A DNA stretch of 64,000 nt from an uncultured PS1 clade bacterium (GCA_902626605.1 CACOFZ010000006.1:2809-66808), one strand, 5' to 3'. Positions 52,424-62,516 are shown, numbered from the stretch's first letter. The notes: generated by a model from the letters alone, not told the origin. Translations and numbers: made by a program.

Positions 52424-54163
52424 ATGAATATAATAAATTACTACAGAGAAACGATTGAAAAAATTTTACTTAAAAATTTTACTCTTGAAAAAAATGATTT
52501 AAAAAATATATCTTTTGAATTTCCAAAAGATACCTCGCTTGGAGATTTATCCACTAATGCTGCAATGGTTCTATCTGGAAAGTTAAAAAAACCTTCTCAA
52601 GAAATTGCATCTGAAATTATCAATTTAATTGCAAACAATCCTGATTTTGAAAATATAGAGATTGCTGGAAAGGGTTTTATAAATATTAAACTCAAAAAAG
52701 AAATTTGGTGGAGTCTAATTCAAAAAATTTTAAAAGAAAAAAATAATTATGGTAATGCAGATTACGGTAAAAATGAAAAAATAAATATTGAATATGTGTC
52801 AGCAAATCCAACTGGCCCTCTTCACGTAGGACATACTAGAGGTGCTGTCTTTGGAGATACATTATCAAATATATTAAAAAAAGTTGGTTATAATGTATGC
52901 AAGGAATATTATGTAAATGATGCTGGTGAACAAATAGATAAATTAGCTCAATCTGTTTTTATGAGATATAGAGAAGCTTGCGGCGAAAATATCGACGAAA
53001 TTCCAGAAGGTTTATATCCTGGCTCTTATTTAAAATCAGTTGGAGAAGATCTAAGAATACAGTTTAAAGATTCATTAGTTAAAGTTGAAAGAGAAGATTG
53101 GCTTCCAATTGTAAAAGAATTTTCAATTCAATCCATGCTAAGTATTATCAAGGATGACCTAAATTCACTTGGAATAAATCATGATGTTTTTACATCTGAA
53201 AATAAACTTCTTAATGATGGCTATGTGCAAAAAGTTTTTAATGAAATGTATGATTCAGACCTTTTGTATGAAGGTGAAACTCCACCACCAAAAGGTGTAA
53301 AAAAGTCTGAATGGTCAAAGAAGAAACACATACTTTTTAAATCAAAAAGCTTTGGTGATGATGAGGATAGGGTTGTTAAAAAACATGATGGTTCATGGAC
53401 TTATTTTATGCCCGACATAGCTTATCATAAAGATAAGTTTAATAGAGGTTTTAATCAAATGATTAATATATGGGGTGCAGATCACTCTGGTTATATTTCC
53501 AGGGTAACCTCTGCAGTTGATGCCGTTACAAAATCAAAGTCTACTTTGGAAGTAAAGGTATGCCAGCTAGTTAGATTAATGAGAGCAGGAAGTGTTGTAA
53601 AAATGTCTAAAAGATCAGGAAGTTTTATAACATTAAGAGATTTAGTTGAGGAAGTAGGCTCTGATGCTGTCAGATTTATGATGGTGACAAGAAAAAATGA
53701 TGCGCCCTTAGATTTCGACTATGATCTTGTTAAGGAGCAAACTAAAGATAATCCTATTTTCTACGTTCAATATGCTCACGCTAGAATAAGCTCTATTATT
53801 CGAAAAGTTGGGGATGAAAAGCTTTTCTTAACTGACGAAAACTTTGTTAAAAATACAAATCTGAAGCTTTTATCAAATTCTCATGATATTGAGCTTATAA
53901 AAATAATTTCAAATTTTCCAAGAATTATTGAACAGGCAGCTATATATAGAGAACCTCATAGAGTTGCTTTTTATCTTAGAGATATAGCTTCATTTTTTCA
54001 TTCTTATTGGAATTTAGGAAATGAGGATAAAAATTTAAAAGTTTTAAATATTGATAATTTAGAAGAAACTAAAGCAAGACTAGCTTTGATTATGTCTGTA
54101 AAAATTACAATATCTGAAGGATTAAGATTATTAGGTATAAATGCACTAGAGGAACTAAGATAG
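52424..54163 (+). CDS. argS: Arginyl-tRNA synthetase
   Basis: Class I HIGH-type motif (PTGPLHVGH), KMSK-like VVKMSKRSG, and a DALR anticodon-binding C-terminus; 579 aa. Confidence 0.9.
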   Translation: MNIINYYRETIEKILLKNFTLEKNDLKNISFEFPKDTSLGDLSTNAAMVLSGKLKKPSQEIASEIINLIANNPDFENIEIAGKGFINIKLKKEIWWSLIQKILKEKNNYGNADYGKNEKINIEYVSANPTGPLHVGHTRGAVFGDTLSNILKKVGYNVCKEYYVNDAGEQIDKLAQSVFMRYREACGENIDEIPEGLYPGSYLKSVGEDLRIQFKDSLVKVEREDWLPIVKEFSIQSMLSIIKDDLNSLGINHDVFTSENKLLNDGYVQKVFNEMYDSDLLYEGETPPPKGVKKSEWSKKKHILFKSKSFGDDEDRVVKKHDGSWTYFMPDIAYHKDKFNRGFNQMINIWGADHSGYISRVTSAVDAVTKSKSTLEVKVCQLVRLMRAGSVVKMSKRSGSFITLRDLVEEVGSDAVRFMMVTRKNDAPLDFDYDLVKEQTKDNPIFYVQYAHARISSIIRKVGDEKLFLTDENFVKNTNLKLLSNSHDIELIKIISNFPRIIEQAAIYREPHRVAFYLRDIASFFHSYWNLGNEDKNLKVLNIDNLEETKARLALIMSVKITISEGLRLLGINALEELR

Positions 54164-54164
54164 A

Positions 54165-54809
54165 ATGAAGAGGAATATTTTTATATTCTTAACCACCTTG
54201 TCTATCACAGTAGTTGTTGGCCTTTTTATATACTTTAACTCAGATAGCGAAATACCAATAGTTTATGCACCAAATGAACCAATCAGGGAACTTCCAGAAA
54301 ATACACCTGAAGTTAAAAGACCTTCTAATATTCCTTGTGTATATTCGCTCTGGAATAACTCAAACGAACCTTGCGGTACTCTCGAGAATATTTTTGAGGA
54401 GAGAAAATTAAATATTAACTACTTTTCATTACTTTTTGGGACTTTTTCAAACATAAAAGATGCTGAAATTCATTTAAAAAAACTCAAAATGCAAGATTTT
54501 TTGAAAGATAGGATTATTAAGATAGATAAAATTCTCCCCACAAATATTGTAATAAATATAAAAAAGGGGGATACCATTTCAACAATTGCAAGAAACTATT
54601 CAACAACTTCAAAAAAAATAATTGAATTAAATAATCTTACAAATCCTGATAGAATTAAGGTTGGACAAAGATTATTCCTTCCTGGTGAAGATCTTAAATA
54701 TCGAATCATATCAACTAATATTGAAAATATTGATATTGCTCAAGATTATTGCAATAGCCTTTTAAATTTAAATTTCAGGTGTCAAATTCTTTCGCAAAAA
54801 AACCAATAG
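54165..54809 (+). CDS. Membrane-anchored LysM-domain protein (positional counterpart of the alphaproteobacterial SPOR-domain protein downstream of argS)
   Basis: N-terminal TM anchor and a C-terminal LysM (KKGDTISTIARNYSTTSKKIIELNNLTNPDRIKVGQRLFLPG); 214 aa. Confidence 0.6.
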   Translation: MKRNIFIFLTTLSITVVVGLFIYFNSDSEIPIVYAPNEPIRELPENTPEVKRPSNIPCVYSLWNNSNEPCGTLENIFEERKLNINYFSLLFGTFSNIKDAEIHLKKLKMQDFLKDRIIKIDKILPTNIVINIKKGDTISTIARNYSTTSKKIIELNNLTNPDRIKVGQRLFLPGEDLKYRIISTNIENIDIAQDYCNSLLNLNFRCQILSQKNQ

Positions 54810-54970
54810 ATTAACTTTATAAATTATAGATAAATTATTGATTAATAATGAAAATATTATAAAAAAAAAATTATCTTTATACTTTAGTTACCTTTAATTT
54901 AGTTATCACAATAATTTATCAATACTTAATGTAGTGTATATTTGTTAAAATAACAGCTATATATTGTTGT

Positions 54971-55771
54971 ATGGAGAACAGTTTGAGTGTCAACTATAGT
55001 GAACAATTAGATTTTTTTCACGTTAATCTAGATGGTTTCGAGGGTCCTTTAGATTTACTTTTATCTTTAGCAAAAGAACAAAAAGTTGATCTTTTAGAAA
55101 TTTCAATATTAGAGCTAGCTTCTCAATATTTAAACTTTATTGACCAAATGAAAAAAATTGATATTGATTTGGCTGCTGATTATATTGTCATGGCATCGTG
55201 GTTAGCTTTTTTGAAGTCAAAATTGCTTTTACCTGATCAGGATGATGAGGATGTCTCCGCAAAAGAATTATCAGCTATTTTAGCCTTTAGACTTAGAAGA
55301 CTTGAAGCAATGCGAGAAGTTGGGTCAAAACTTATGACAAGAGATAGGGAAGGCACTCATGTTTTTCGAAGGGGTATGCCCGAAACTATATTTTTAATTA
55401 AAAATTTTAAACATAAAGATACTCTTTTTGATTTAATTTCCTGTTACTCCAGCTTAAGAAACAGAAATTATAATAATGACTGGAAACCAAGATTCTTTTC
55501 ATTATTTTCTATTGAGGACGCAAGAAAGCGTTTAGAAAAAATGCTTGGTGCTACATTTGATTGGACAAAAATTGAAGATTTTCTTCCTGTAAATAATGAT
55601 ACATCAGAGGAAGGTATTTTATTTAGAAAAAGTTCGTTAGCTTCAATATTCTCTGCATCCTTAGAGTTATCGAAAGAGGGCACGATTGAAATAAGTCAAA
55701 ATAAGAACTTTGGATCAATTAAATTTAAAATTAGAGAAAATAAATCAAATGCTAACGAGATGTTAGCATGA
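54971..55771 (+). CDS. scpA: Segregation and condensation protein A
   Basis: FEGPLDLLLSL...ASQYL N-terminal kleisin motif; 266 aa. Confidence 0.8.
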   Translation: MENSLSVNYSEQLDFFHVNLDGFEGPLDLLLSLAKEQKVDLLEISILELASQYLNFIDQMKKIDIDLAADYIVMASWLAFLKSKLLLPDQDDEDVSAKELSAILAFRLRRLEAMREVGSKLMTRDREGTHVFRRGMPETIFLIKNFKHKDTLFDLISCYSSLRNRNYNNDWKPRFFSLFSIEDARKRLEKMLGATFDWTKIEDFLPVNNDTSEEGILFRKSSLASIFSASLELSKEGTIEISQNKNFGSIKFKIRENKSNANEMLA

Positions 55772-56382
55772 TTGAAGATGATAAAAATAATACTTTAATA
55801 GAATTTTCTGATCAAATTAGAGCAGTTGAGGCTCTTTTATTCGCTGCATCTGACCCACTTGATGAAAAAACACTCAAAGACATGCTTCCAGTAGATACTA
55901 ATATTGAGGAGATAATGAATAATCTTCTAAATCTATACAAAGGAAGGGGGGTTGAATTAAAGAAGGTAAATAATAAATGGATGTTTAAAACTGCATCTGA
56001 CTTATCATTTATAATGCAGAAAGAAGCAAAAATACAAAAAAAATTGTCAAAAGCTGCATTAGAAACATTATCAATTATTGCTTACCATCAACCAGTTTCA
56101 AGAGCTGAAATCGAGGAGATAAGGGGAGTAACTGTATCTCCAGGAACTATAGATACATTAATGGAAATAAATTGGGTTAAAATTAAAGGAAGAAGAAAAA
56201 CCCCAGGAAATCCTATAACATACGGTACAACTGATGAATTTTTAGTGCATTTTGACTTAGAAAATACAAAAGAACTTCCAGGCCTTGATGAATTAAAATC
56301 TACTGGGCTATTAGACAGCAATTTACCGCCAGATATGTACCCAATAGATGATGACTTAGATCCTATAGAAGAAAATAATTAA
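55768..56382 (+). CDS. scpB: Segregation and condensation protein B
   Basis: Tandem winged-helix ScpB pattern (AYHQPVSRAEIEEIRGV); 204 aa. Confidence 0.8.
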   Translation: MIEDDKNNTLIEFSDQIRAVEALLFAASDPLDEKTLKDMLPVDTNIEEIMNNLLNLYKGRGVELKKVNNKWMFKTASDLSFIMQKEAKIQKKLSKAALETLSIIAYHQPVSRAEIEEIRGVTVSPGTIDTLMEINWVKIKGRRKTPGNPITYGTTDEFLVHFDLENTKELPGLDELKSTGLLDSNLPPDMYPIDDDLDPIEENN

Positions 56383-56440
56383 TTTTTCATTATGGAGATA
56401 AGTGTATAATATTAATATATTTTTTATAAGGAATTAAAAG

Positions 56441-56623
56441 ATGTCACTAAGCTTACCGCAAATTCTAGTAGTAGTTGTTCTTGTGTTAATTTTTTTTGGA
56501 AGAGGAAGAATATCTAATTTTATGGGAGACCTAGCCTCAGGCATTAAAAGTTTTCGCAAGGGCCTGGAAGATGAACCAAATGAAAATGAAATAGAAAATA
56601 ATGACTCGAAAGATAAAGATTAA
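56441..56623 (+). CDS. tatA: Twin-arginine translocase TatA/E
   Basis: 60 aa with TM then amphipathic helix ([24 protein letters not shown]). Confidence 0.8.
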   Translation: MSLSLPQILVVVVLVLIFFGRGRISNFMGDLASGIKSFRKGLEDEPNENEIENNDSKDKD

Positions 56624-56634
56624 ATTACAAAACT

Positions 56635-56874
56635 ATGTTTGATTTTGGTTATAGTGAATTATTAATTGTTGCTGTGGTTTTGCTGGTAGTTGTAGGTCCA
56701 AAAGAACTACCTGGCTTACTTAAAGTAATTTTTGATTTTGTCTCAAAAATAAAGATATACGCTGCTGAATTAAGAACAGGCGTTCAAAGTATAGCAAATG
56801 ATATAGAAATAGAAAAAATTTCAAAAAATACAAATAAATCTATTAATAAAAACAAAACAAATGAAGATAATTAA
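56635..56874 (+). CDS. tatB: Twin-arginine translocase TatB (short, 79 aa)
   Basis: MFDFGYSELLIVAVVLLVVVGPKELP N-terminus, typical of TatB. Confidence 0.75.
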   Translation: MFDFGYSELLIVAVVLLVVVGPKELPGLLKVIFDFVSKIKIYAAELRTGVQSIANDIEIEKISKNTNKSINKNKTNEDN

Positions 56875-56882
56875 TTCTATTT

Positions 56883-57677
56883 ATGTCTAACTCAGATAAA
56901 ATACATCAAAATCAAAATGATTTTTCCAAAGCTCCCTTAATTGATCATTTAATTGAGCTTCGATCAAGATTGATAAGATCAATGGTTATTTTTTTTATTG
57001 GGTTTCTAGCATCCTTTTATTTTTCAACAAGTATATATTCTTTCTTAGTAGATCCTTTTTTTGATATAGCGGGATCTAGTGGTGAAATGATTTATACGGC
57101 TCCACAAGAATTTTTAATGACTAAACTTAAAATAGGAATTTTTGGAGCATCTTTAATAGGACTTCCGTATTTTGCTATTGAACTATATCTTTTTTTAGCA
57201 CCAGGATTATATGAAAATGAAAAAATGGCATTAATACCTTACTTAATCGCTACACCTTTTTTATTTTTAATCAGTACATTAATGGTCCATTATTTAATCA
57301 TGCCGTTGGCATTGAACTTTTTTATTTCTATGCAGATCGATTCTAATTTCGATAATATATCTATAAAACTTCTTCCTAAGGTTAGTGAGTATCTTAAACT
57401 TGTAACATCTCTAATTATTGCATTCGGCATATGTTTTCAACTTCCGGTAGTTTTAACATTGTTAGCAAAAATAGGTATTGTCGGCTCAGAAAATTTAAAA
57501 AAGGGAAGAAAATATGCAATTGTTTTAACTTTTTTGGTTGCAGCCTTTCTAACCCCGCCTGATTTAATAAGTCAAATTGGTTTAGCAATTCCAACACTTT
57601 TACTATATGAATTATCTATTCTTTTGGTTTCTTTAATTGAAAGAAAAAACAAAGAAGGAAATACATTAAAGAATTAA
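56883..57677 (+). CDS. tatC: Twin-arginine translocase TatC
   Basis: 6-TM TatC pattern (LIDHLIELRSRLIRS N-terminus); 264 aa. Confidence 0.85.
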   Translation: MSNSDKIHQNQNDFSKAPLIDHLIELRSRLIRSMVIFFIGFLASFYFSTSIYSFLVDPFFDIAGSSGEMIYTAPQEFLMTKLKIGIFGASLIGLPYFAIELYLFLAPGLYENEKMALIPYLIATPFLFLISTLMVHYLIMPLALNFFISMQIDSNFDNISIKLLPKVSEYLKLVTSLIIAFGICFQLPVVLTLLAKIGIVGSENLKKGRKYAIVLTFLVAAFLTPPDLISQIGLAIPTLLLYELSILLVSLIERKNKEGNTLKN

Positions 57678-57678
57678 A

Positions 57679-58956
57679 ATGCATGATATTAATAAAATAA
57701 GAAATAATACTGATTTTTATATCAAAGGATGGCGAAGAAGGGGGCTAGATGTTAATTTAGATACAATACTTGCACTTGATAGAGATCTGAGACAATCAAT
57801 TACAAATCTTCAAGAACTTCAAACTCAAAGAAATGATTTATCCAAAAAATTTGGTATTGCTAAAAAAAATAACGATAAAGTTGTCTATGAAAAACTTTCA
57901 GCTGATGTTCAATTAATAAAAGAAAAAATGCAATCTTTAGATAAAAGCAGAGAAGAATTCAACAAATCTCTCAGTAACGAATTATCTTCCTTGCCTAATA
58001 TTCCTCTAGATGAAGTACCCGATGGTAAAGATGAAAGCTCAAATAAGGTTATAAATGAGTATGGTGTTAAGAAGGATGCTTCTCCAAATCATTATGAAAT
58101 TGGAGAGGAAATTGGCATGATAGATTTTGATACAGCCGCAAAATTATCGGGTTCAAGATTTTCAATTCTAAAAAAGGACTTAGCTCAAATGGAAAGAGCT
58201 ATTGCTAATTTTATGATTGATCATCATGTGTTAGAAAATGGTTACGAGGAAATAAGCGTACCTTATTTAGTCAGAGAAGATGTAATGTTTGGTACAGGTC
58301 AGTTGCCAAAATTTGCAGATGATCAGTTTAAAACGGAGGATGGTTTTTGGCTAATACCTACTGCTGAAGTGCCTCTAACAAACCTCGTAAGAGATAATAA
58401 CCTTCAAGATAATAATTTACCTTTACGTTTTGTTTCCTATACACAATGTTTTAGAAAAGAGGCCGGTGCTGCTGGTAAAGATACAAGAGGACTGATAAGG
58501 CTTCATCAATTTCCAAAAGTTGAACTAGTTAGTATTGTCAAACCAGAAAATTCTTTAGATGAATTAGAAAGACTTCTTTCTTGCGCAGAGGGAGTTTTAA
58601 AAGAACTAGAATTACCGTATAGAACAGTTATTTTATCTACCGGTGACATGGGTTTTTCTGCAGCTAAGACTTATGATCTAGAAGTTTGGTTGCCTGGTCA
58701 AAAACTTTTTAGAGAAATTTCGTCATGCTCATTGTGTGGAGATTTTCAATCTATAAGGATGAATACTAGGTATAAAAATGAAAAAACTGGTAAAAAAGTC
58801 TTTCCACACACTTTAAATGGTTCTGGTTTGGCTGTTGGAAGAACCTTAGTTGCAATTTTAGAAAACTATTATGAAGGGTTTGGAGTGATCAATATTCCAA
58901 AAGTTTTGCAACCTTACATGAATGGTTCAAAGGTAATTGAATTAAATAATTCTTAA
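57679..58956 (+). CDS. serS: Seryl-tRNA synthetase
   Basis: N-terminal coiled coil and class II motifs (FRKEAGAAGKDTRGLIRLHQF); 425 aa. Confidence 0.9.
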   Translation: MHDINKIRNNTDFYIKGWRRRGLDVNLDTILALDRDLRQSITNLQELQTQRNDLSKKFGIAKKNNDKVVYEKLSADVQLIKEKMQSLDKSREEFNKSLSNELSSLPNIPLDEVPDGKDESSNKVINEYGVKKDASPNHYEIGEEIGMIDFDTAAKLSGSRFSILKKDLAQMERAIANFMIDHHVLENGYEEISVPYLVREDVMFGTGQLPKFADDQFKTEDGFWLIPTAEVPLTNLVRDNNLQDNNLPLRFVSYTQCFRKEAGAAGKDTRGLIRLHQFPKVELVSIVKPENSLDELERLLSCAEGVLKELELPYRTVILSTGDMGFSAAKTYDLEVWLPGQKLFREISSCSLCGDFQSIRMNTRYKNEKTGKKVFPHTLNGSGLAVGRTLVAILENYYEGFGVINIPKVLQPYMNGSKVIELNNS

Positions 58957-58959
58957 TAT

Positions 58960-58987
58960 CAAAATATCAATTAAGTTTGATATTTTG
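58960..58987 (+). terminator. AT-rich perfect hairpin after serS (putative terminator or attenuator)
   Basis: CAAAATATCAA-TTAAGT-TTGATATTTTG: 11-bp perfect stem, 6-nt loop, starting 4 nt after the serS stop. Confidence 0.4.
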
Positions 58988-59032
58988 TCAAAATTTACAT
59001 ATTAATTTATAACTCAACAATAAGGATAAGTT

Positions 59033-59293
59033 ATGCAAGATGTTTTTTTTCAAATACTGCCATTAATTTTAATCTTTTTCGTTTTTTATTTTCTAATAAT
59101 TAGACCTCAGCAAAATAAAGTTAAAGAGCATACTGCAATGGTTAATGCAGTAAAAAAAGGTGATGAAGTTGTAACTCAAGGTGGTTTAATAGGAAAAGTT
59201 TCAAAAGTTTCTGATGATGAGATTACGATAGATTTTGGTGATAATGTAAATATTAGAGCTGTTAAATCGACATTGGCTCATGTTAGATCTTAA
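59033..59293 (+). CDS. yajC: Preprotein translocase subunit YajC
   Basis: 86 aa; single TM followed by QGGLIGKV; directly upstream of secDF. Confidence 0.8.
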   Translation: MQDVFFQILPLILIFFVFYFLIIRPQQNKVKEHTAMVNAVKKGDEVVTQGGLIGKVSKVSDDEITIDFGDNVNIRAVKSTLAHVRS

Positions 59294-59299
59294 TATGCT

Positions 59300-60880
59300 A
59301 TGATATATTTTTCTAATTCTAAGAAAATATTTTTATTAGTAATTTGTATAATAGGTTTTTTTCTGGCTCTTCCTAACTTTTCTAAAGTTAATATACCCTT
59401 TTTTCCAAAACAAACAATTAATCTTGGTTTAGATTTAAGAGGAGGTTCATATCTTCTTTTGGAAGTAGATACAAATTCAATTAAAAACGATAGATCGCAA
59501 TCACTTTTAGAGGATATGAGATCAACCTTTAGAAAAAATAAAATTAAATATTCTGGACTAAAAACTAACGAAACTGGAGTTCAGGTAACTATTGGGGATG
59601 AGTTGAAAATAAATGAGGCTAAGAAATTAATTCAAGAATTTAATATTTCATCATCAAACTTATTTTCAAATAATAACAATAGAGAGTTTTCTATTAGCAG
59701 CAATAATAATTTTTTCTTATTAGAATTAAATGAAAATTCATTGAATGAAAAATATAGATCTGCTGTATCACAATCAATAGAAATTATCAGAAGAAGGATT
59801 GATGGCCTTGGTGTTACAGAACCTTCTATCCAAAGACAGGGTAATAATAGAATATTATTAGAAGTTCCTGGAATGGATAACCCACAAAGATTAAAAGATT
59901 TACTTGGTCAAACCGCTAAATTAAATTTTAGGATGGTTGATACTTCAATTAGTGTAAATGAAGCAAGGCAAACTAGAATTCCTAGTAGATCAGAAATTAT
60001 CAGTGATGAAAACGGATTTGAATATCTTGTCATGAAAAAAATATTAGTATCAGGTGAAAGGCTCGTAGATGCTCAAGCAAGCTTTGATCAGACGACCAAT
60101 GCTCCAATAGTTAATTTTAGGTTTGATTCACTCGGGGGAAAGTATTTTGCTAAAGCAACATCGGAGAATGTTGGAAAACCTTTTGCAATAATTTTAGATA
60201 ATGAAGTAATTTCTGCACCGGTTATTCGTACACCTATATTGGGAGGATCCGGACAAATTGAGGGTGGTTTTACAGTTGAGGAGGCGAATAATTTATCAAT
60301 TTTATTAAGAGCAGGTGCATTACCAGCTCCTCTTGAAATATTAGAGGAAAAAACGATTGGACCTGGTCTAGGTAAGGACTCAATTGACTCTGGAACTTCA
60401 GCGGCAATTATAGGCTTAGTTTGTGTTTTAATATTTATCATTCTTAGTTATGGAAGGTTTGGTTTTTATGCAAACTTTGCATTAATTTTAAATATAATTT
60501 TTATTGTTGGTATTTTATCATTACTCCAAGCAACATTAACTCTTCCAGGTATTGCAGGTATTGTATTAACTATAGGTATGGCCGTAGATGCTAATGTTAT
60601 TATTTTTGAAAGAATTAGAGATGAAATTAATAATGAAAAAAATCCAATATCAGCAGTAGAGTCCGGATATTCTAAATCTTTCGGAACTATACTTGATGCG
60701 AATGTAACAACTTTAATAGCATCACTTGTTTTATTTTTTCTTGGAACAGGCCCTGTTAAAGGATTTGCAGTAACGTTATCAATAGGAATCATAACATCTG
60801 TTTTTACCGCATTTATTATAACTAGGTTATTAATTTCAATTTGGATTTTGAAAAAAAGACCTGAAGAATTATCCTTGTGA
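59300..60880 (+). CDS. secD: Protein translocase subunit SecD
   Basis: LGLDLRGGSYLL motif, periplasmic domain, C-terminal 6 TM; 526 aa. Confidence 0.9.
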   Translation: MIYFSNSKKIFLLVICIIGFFLALPNFSKVNIPFFPKQTINLGLDLRGGSYLLLEVDTNSIKNDRSQSLLEDMRSTFRKNKIKYSGLKTNETGVQVTIGDELKINEAKKLIQEFNISSSNLFSNNNNREFSISSNNNFFLLELNENSLNEKYRSAVSQSIEIIRRRIDGLGVTEPSIQRQGNNRILLEVPGMDNPQRLKDLLGQTAKLNFRMVDTSISVNEARQTRIPSRSEIISDENGFEYLVMKKILVSGERLVDAQASFDQTTNAPIVNFRFDSLGGKYFAKATSENVGKPFAIILDNEVISAPVIRTPILGGSGQIEGGFTVEEANNLSILLRAGALPAPLEILEEKTIGPGLGKDSIDSGTSAAIIGLVCVLIFIILSYGRFGFYANFALILNIIFIVGILSLLQATLTLPGIAGIVLTIGMAVDANVIIFERIRDEINNEKNPISAVESGYSKSFGTILDANVTTLIASLVLFFLGTGPVKGFAVTLSIGIITSVFTAFIITRLLISIWILKKRPEELSL

Positions 60881-60888
60881 GTATTTAA

Positions 60889-61797
60889 ATGAAAACCTTA
60901 AAACTTATAAAACAAAATACAAATATTAAGTTTCTCAAATACAAAAAAATAACATTATTTATTTCTCTCATTTTTTGTCTCTTATCATTTTTCTCTGTTT
61001 TTATTAATGGATTAAATTTTGGTATAGATTTTAAGGGCGGCAGTCTTATTGAGGTTAAATCTGAGGAAAGTATAAATATTAGTAATGTTAGATCTAGACT
61101 GTCATCACTAAATCTTGGTGATGTACAAATACAAAATTTTGGATCCGAAAAAAATATATTAGTTAGGGTTGAGGCATCATCATCTGAAAATAATTCTTCA
61201 GTTTTATCAATTATAACTAGTGAATTAGTATCTTTTGGAGAAATTCAGAGAACAGAAGTAGTTGGTCCAAAGATAAGTTCTGAATTAATTCAAAAAGGAA
61301 TTCTAGCAATTATATCAGCTGTAGGGTTAATGCTTTTTTATATTTGGATTAGATTTGAATGGCAATTTTCTCTTGGTGCTGTTTTAGCTCTTATTCATGA
61401 TGTAATTATAACAATAGGGATTTTTTCATTTTTCCAAATTGAGTTTAATTTATCAATAATTGCTGCTCTATTAACTATTATTGGATACTCTATGAATGAT
61501 ACTGTTGTGGTTTACGATAGAATTAGAGAAAATTTAAGAAAATATAAAAAACAAGATTTATACGATCTTATAAATTCATCAATTAATCAGACGCTTTCTA
61601 GAACAGTATTAACATCATTTACTACATTGTTAGCTTTATTTTCTCTTTATATTTTTGGTGGTCAAGTCATTAAAGGTTTCACGCTTGCTATGATTATAGG
61701 TGTTTTTATTGGAACATATTCTTCTACTTTCATAGCTTCTCAGCTTCTTCATATTCTCGGTGTTAAAAGGGATTGGTCAAAAAATAACAACAACTAG
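60889..61797 (+). CDS. secF: Protein translocase subunit SecF
   Basis: GIDFKGGSLIEV motif plus 6 TM; 302 aa. Confidence 0.9.
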   Translation: MKTLKLIKQNTNIKFLKYKKITLFISLIFCLLSFFSVFINGLNFGIDFKGGSLIEVKSEESINISNVRSRLSSLNLGDVQIQNFGSEKNILVRVEASSSENNSSVLSIITSELVSFGEIQRTEVVGPKISSELIQKGILAIISAVGLMLFYIWIRFEWQFSLGAVLALIHDVIITIGIFSFFQIEFNLSIIAALLTIIGYSMNDTVVVYDRIRENLRKYKKQDLYDLINSSINQTLSRTVLTSFTTLLALFSLYIFGGQVIKGFTLAMIIGVFIGTYSSTFIASQLLHILGVKRDWSKNNNN

Positions 61798-61849
61798 ACT
61801 TTCAAAATTGAGCAATAAATATTATAATTGATTCATATTAAACAGGGGG

Positions 61850-62473
61850 GTGTCTAATATGAGTGCAATTTTATCGTCTTTAAAAAATACTGTTTCAGCT
61901 GGTTTAACAGTTACAGTTTTATTATTAATAGTTTTTATGTCATGGGGATCTGTTTCCTCAGATAGTTTTTCTGATCAAGCTTTTTATTCTTTTTTATTTA
62001 GGTGGCTACATGTTTTATCAGGGATAATGTGGATTGGTTTACTTTGGTATTTTAATTTTGTTCAAATTCCAAATATGCCAAACATTCCTGATGATCAAAA
62101 ACCTGCGGTTTCTAAAGTTATTGCTCCTGCTGCTCTTTGGTGGTTTCGTTGGGCCGCAATGTCAACGATTATAACAGGATTAATTGTGGGCTATTTAAAT
62201 GGTTATTTAGAAGCTGCAATGACATTAGGCCTTAGAGGTGATGCAGCTCCTTCTCATATAGCCATTGGAATAGGGATGTGGTTAGGAATAATTATGTGGT
62301 TTAATGTTTGGTTTGTTATATGGCCAAACCAAAAAAAAGCATTAGGTATAGTTTCTGTTGAGGACAATGTAAAAATTGCATCAGCTAGAACTGCAATGCT
62401 TTTTTCTAGAACTAATACTTTGCTTAGTATACCAATGCTTTTTTCAATGGTTGCTGCTCAGAATATTTTTTAG
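61850..62473 (+). CDS. Hypothetical inner-membrane protein (4-5 TM) with a HemJ/CopD-like His-helix motif
   Basis: 207 aa. Motif FRWLHVLSGIMWIGLLWYFNF resembles the LH-x5-W-x-GL-x-Y helix of HemJ/CopD-type 4-helix membrane proteins. Strong RBS AGGGGGG 6 nt upstream. Confidence 0.4.
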   Translation: MSNMSAILSSLKNTVSAGLTVTVLLLIVFMSWGSVSSDSFSDQAFYSFLFRWLHVLSGIMWIGLLWYFNFVQIPNMPNIPDDQKPAVSKVIAPAALWWFRWAAMSTIITGLIVGYLNGYLEAAMTLGLRGDAAPSHIAIGIGMWLGIIMWFNVWFVIWPNQKKALGIVSVEDNVKIASARTAMLFSRTNTLLSIPMLFSMVAAQNIF

Positions 62474-62490
62474 ATTCTAAATATAAATTG

Positions 62491-62516
62491 AAAAAGGGGC
62501 TTAAAGCCCCTTTTTT
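62491..62516. terminator. Bidirectional rho-independent terminator between the membrane-protein gene (+) and uvrA (-)
   Basis: AAAAAGGGGC-TTAAA-GCCCCTTTTTT; T-runs follow the hairpin on both strands. Confidence 0.8.

Noticed and set aside
54810-54970. 161-bp AT-rich spacer upstream of scpA as a candidate small RNA (for example SRP/4.5S RNA) or small ORF
   Set aside because: It has no GC-rich helix or the conserved GGAA/AGCAG-type SRP domain IV sequence. The only ATG-initiated frames are 4 codons or fewer. It is more simply a promoter/UP-element region left by loss of nagZ.
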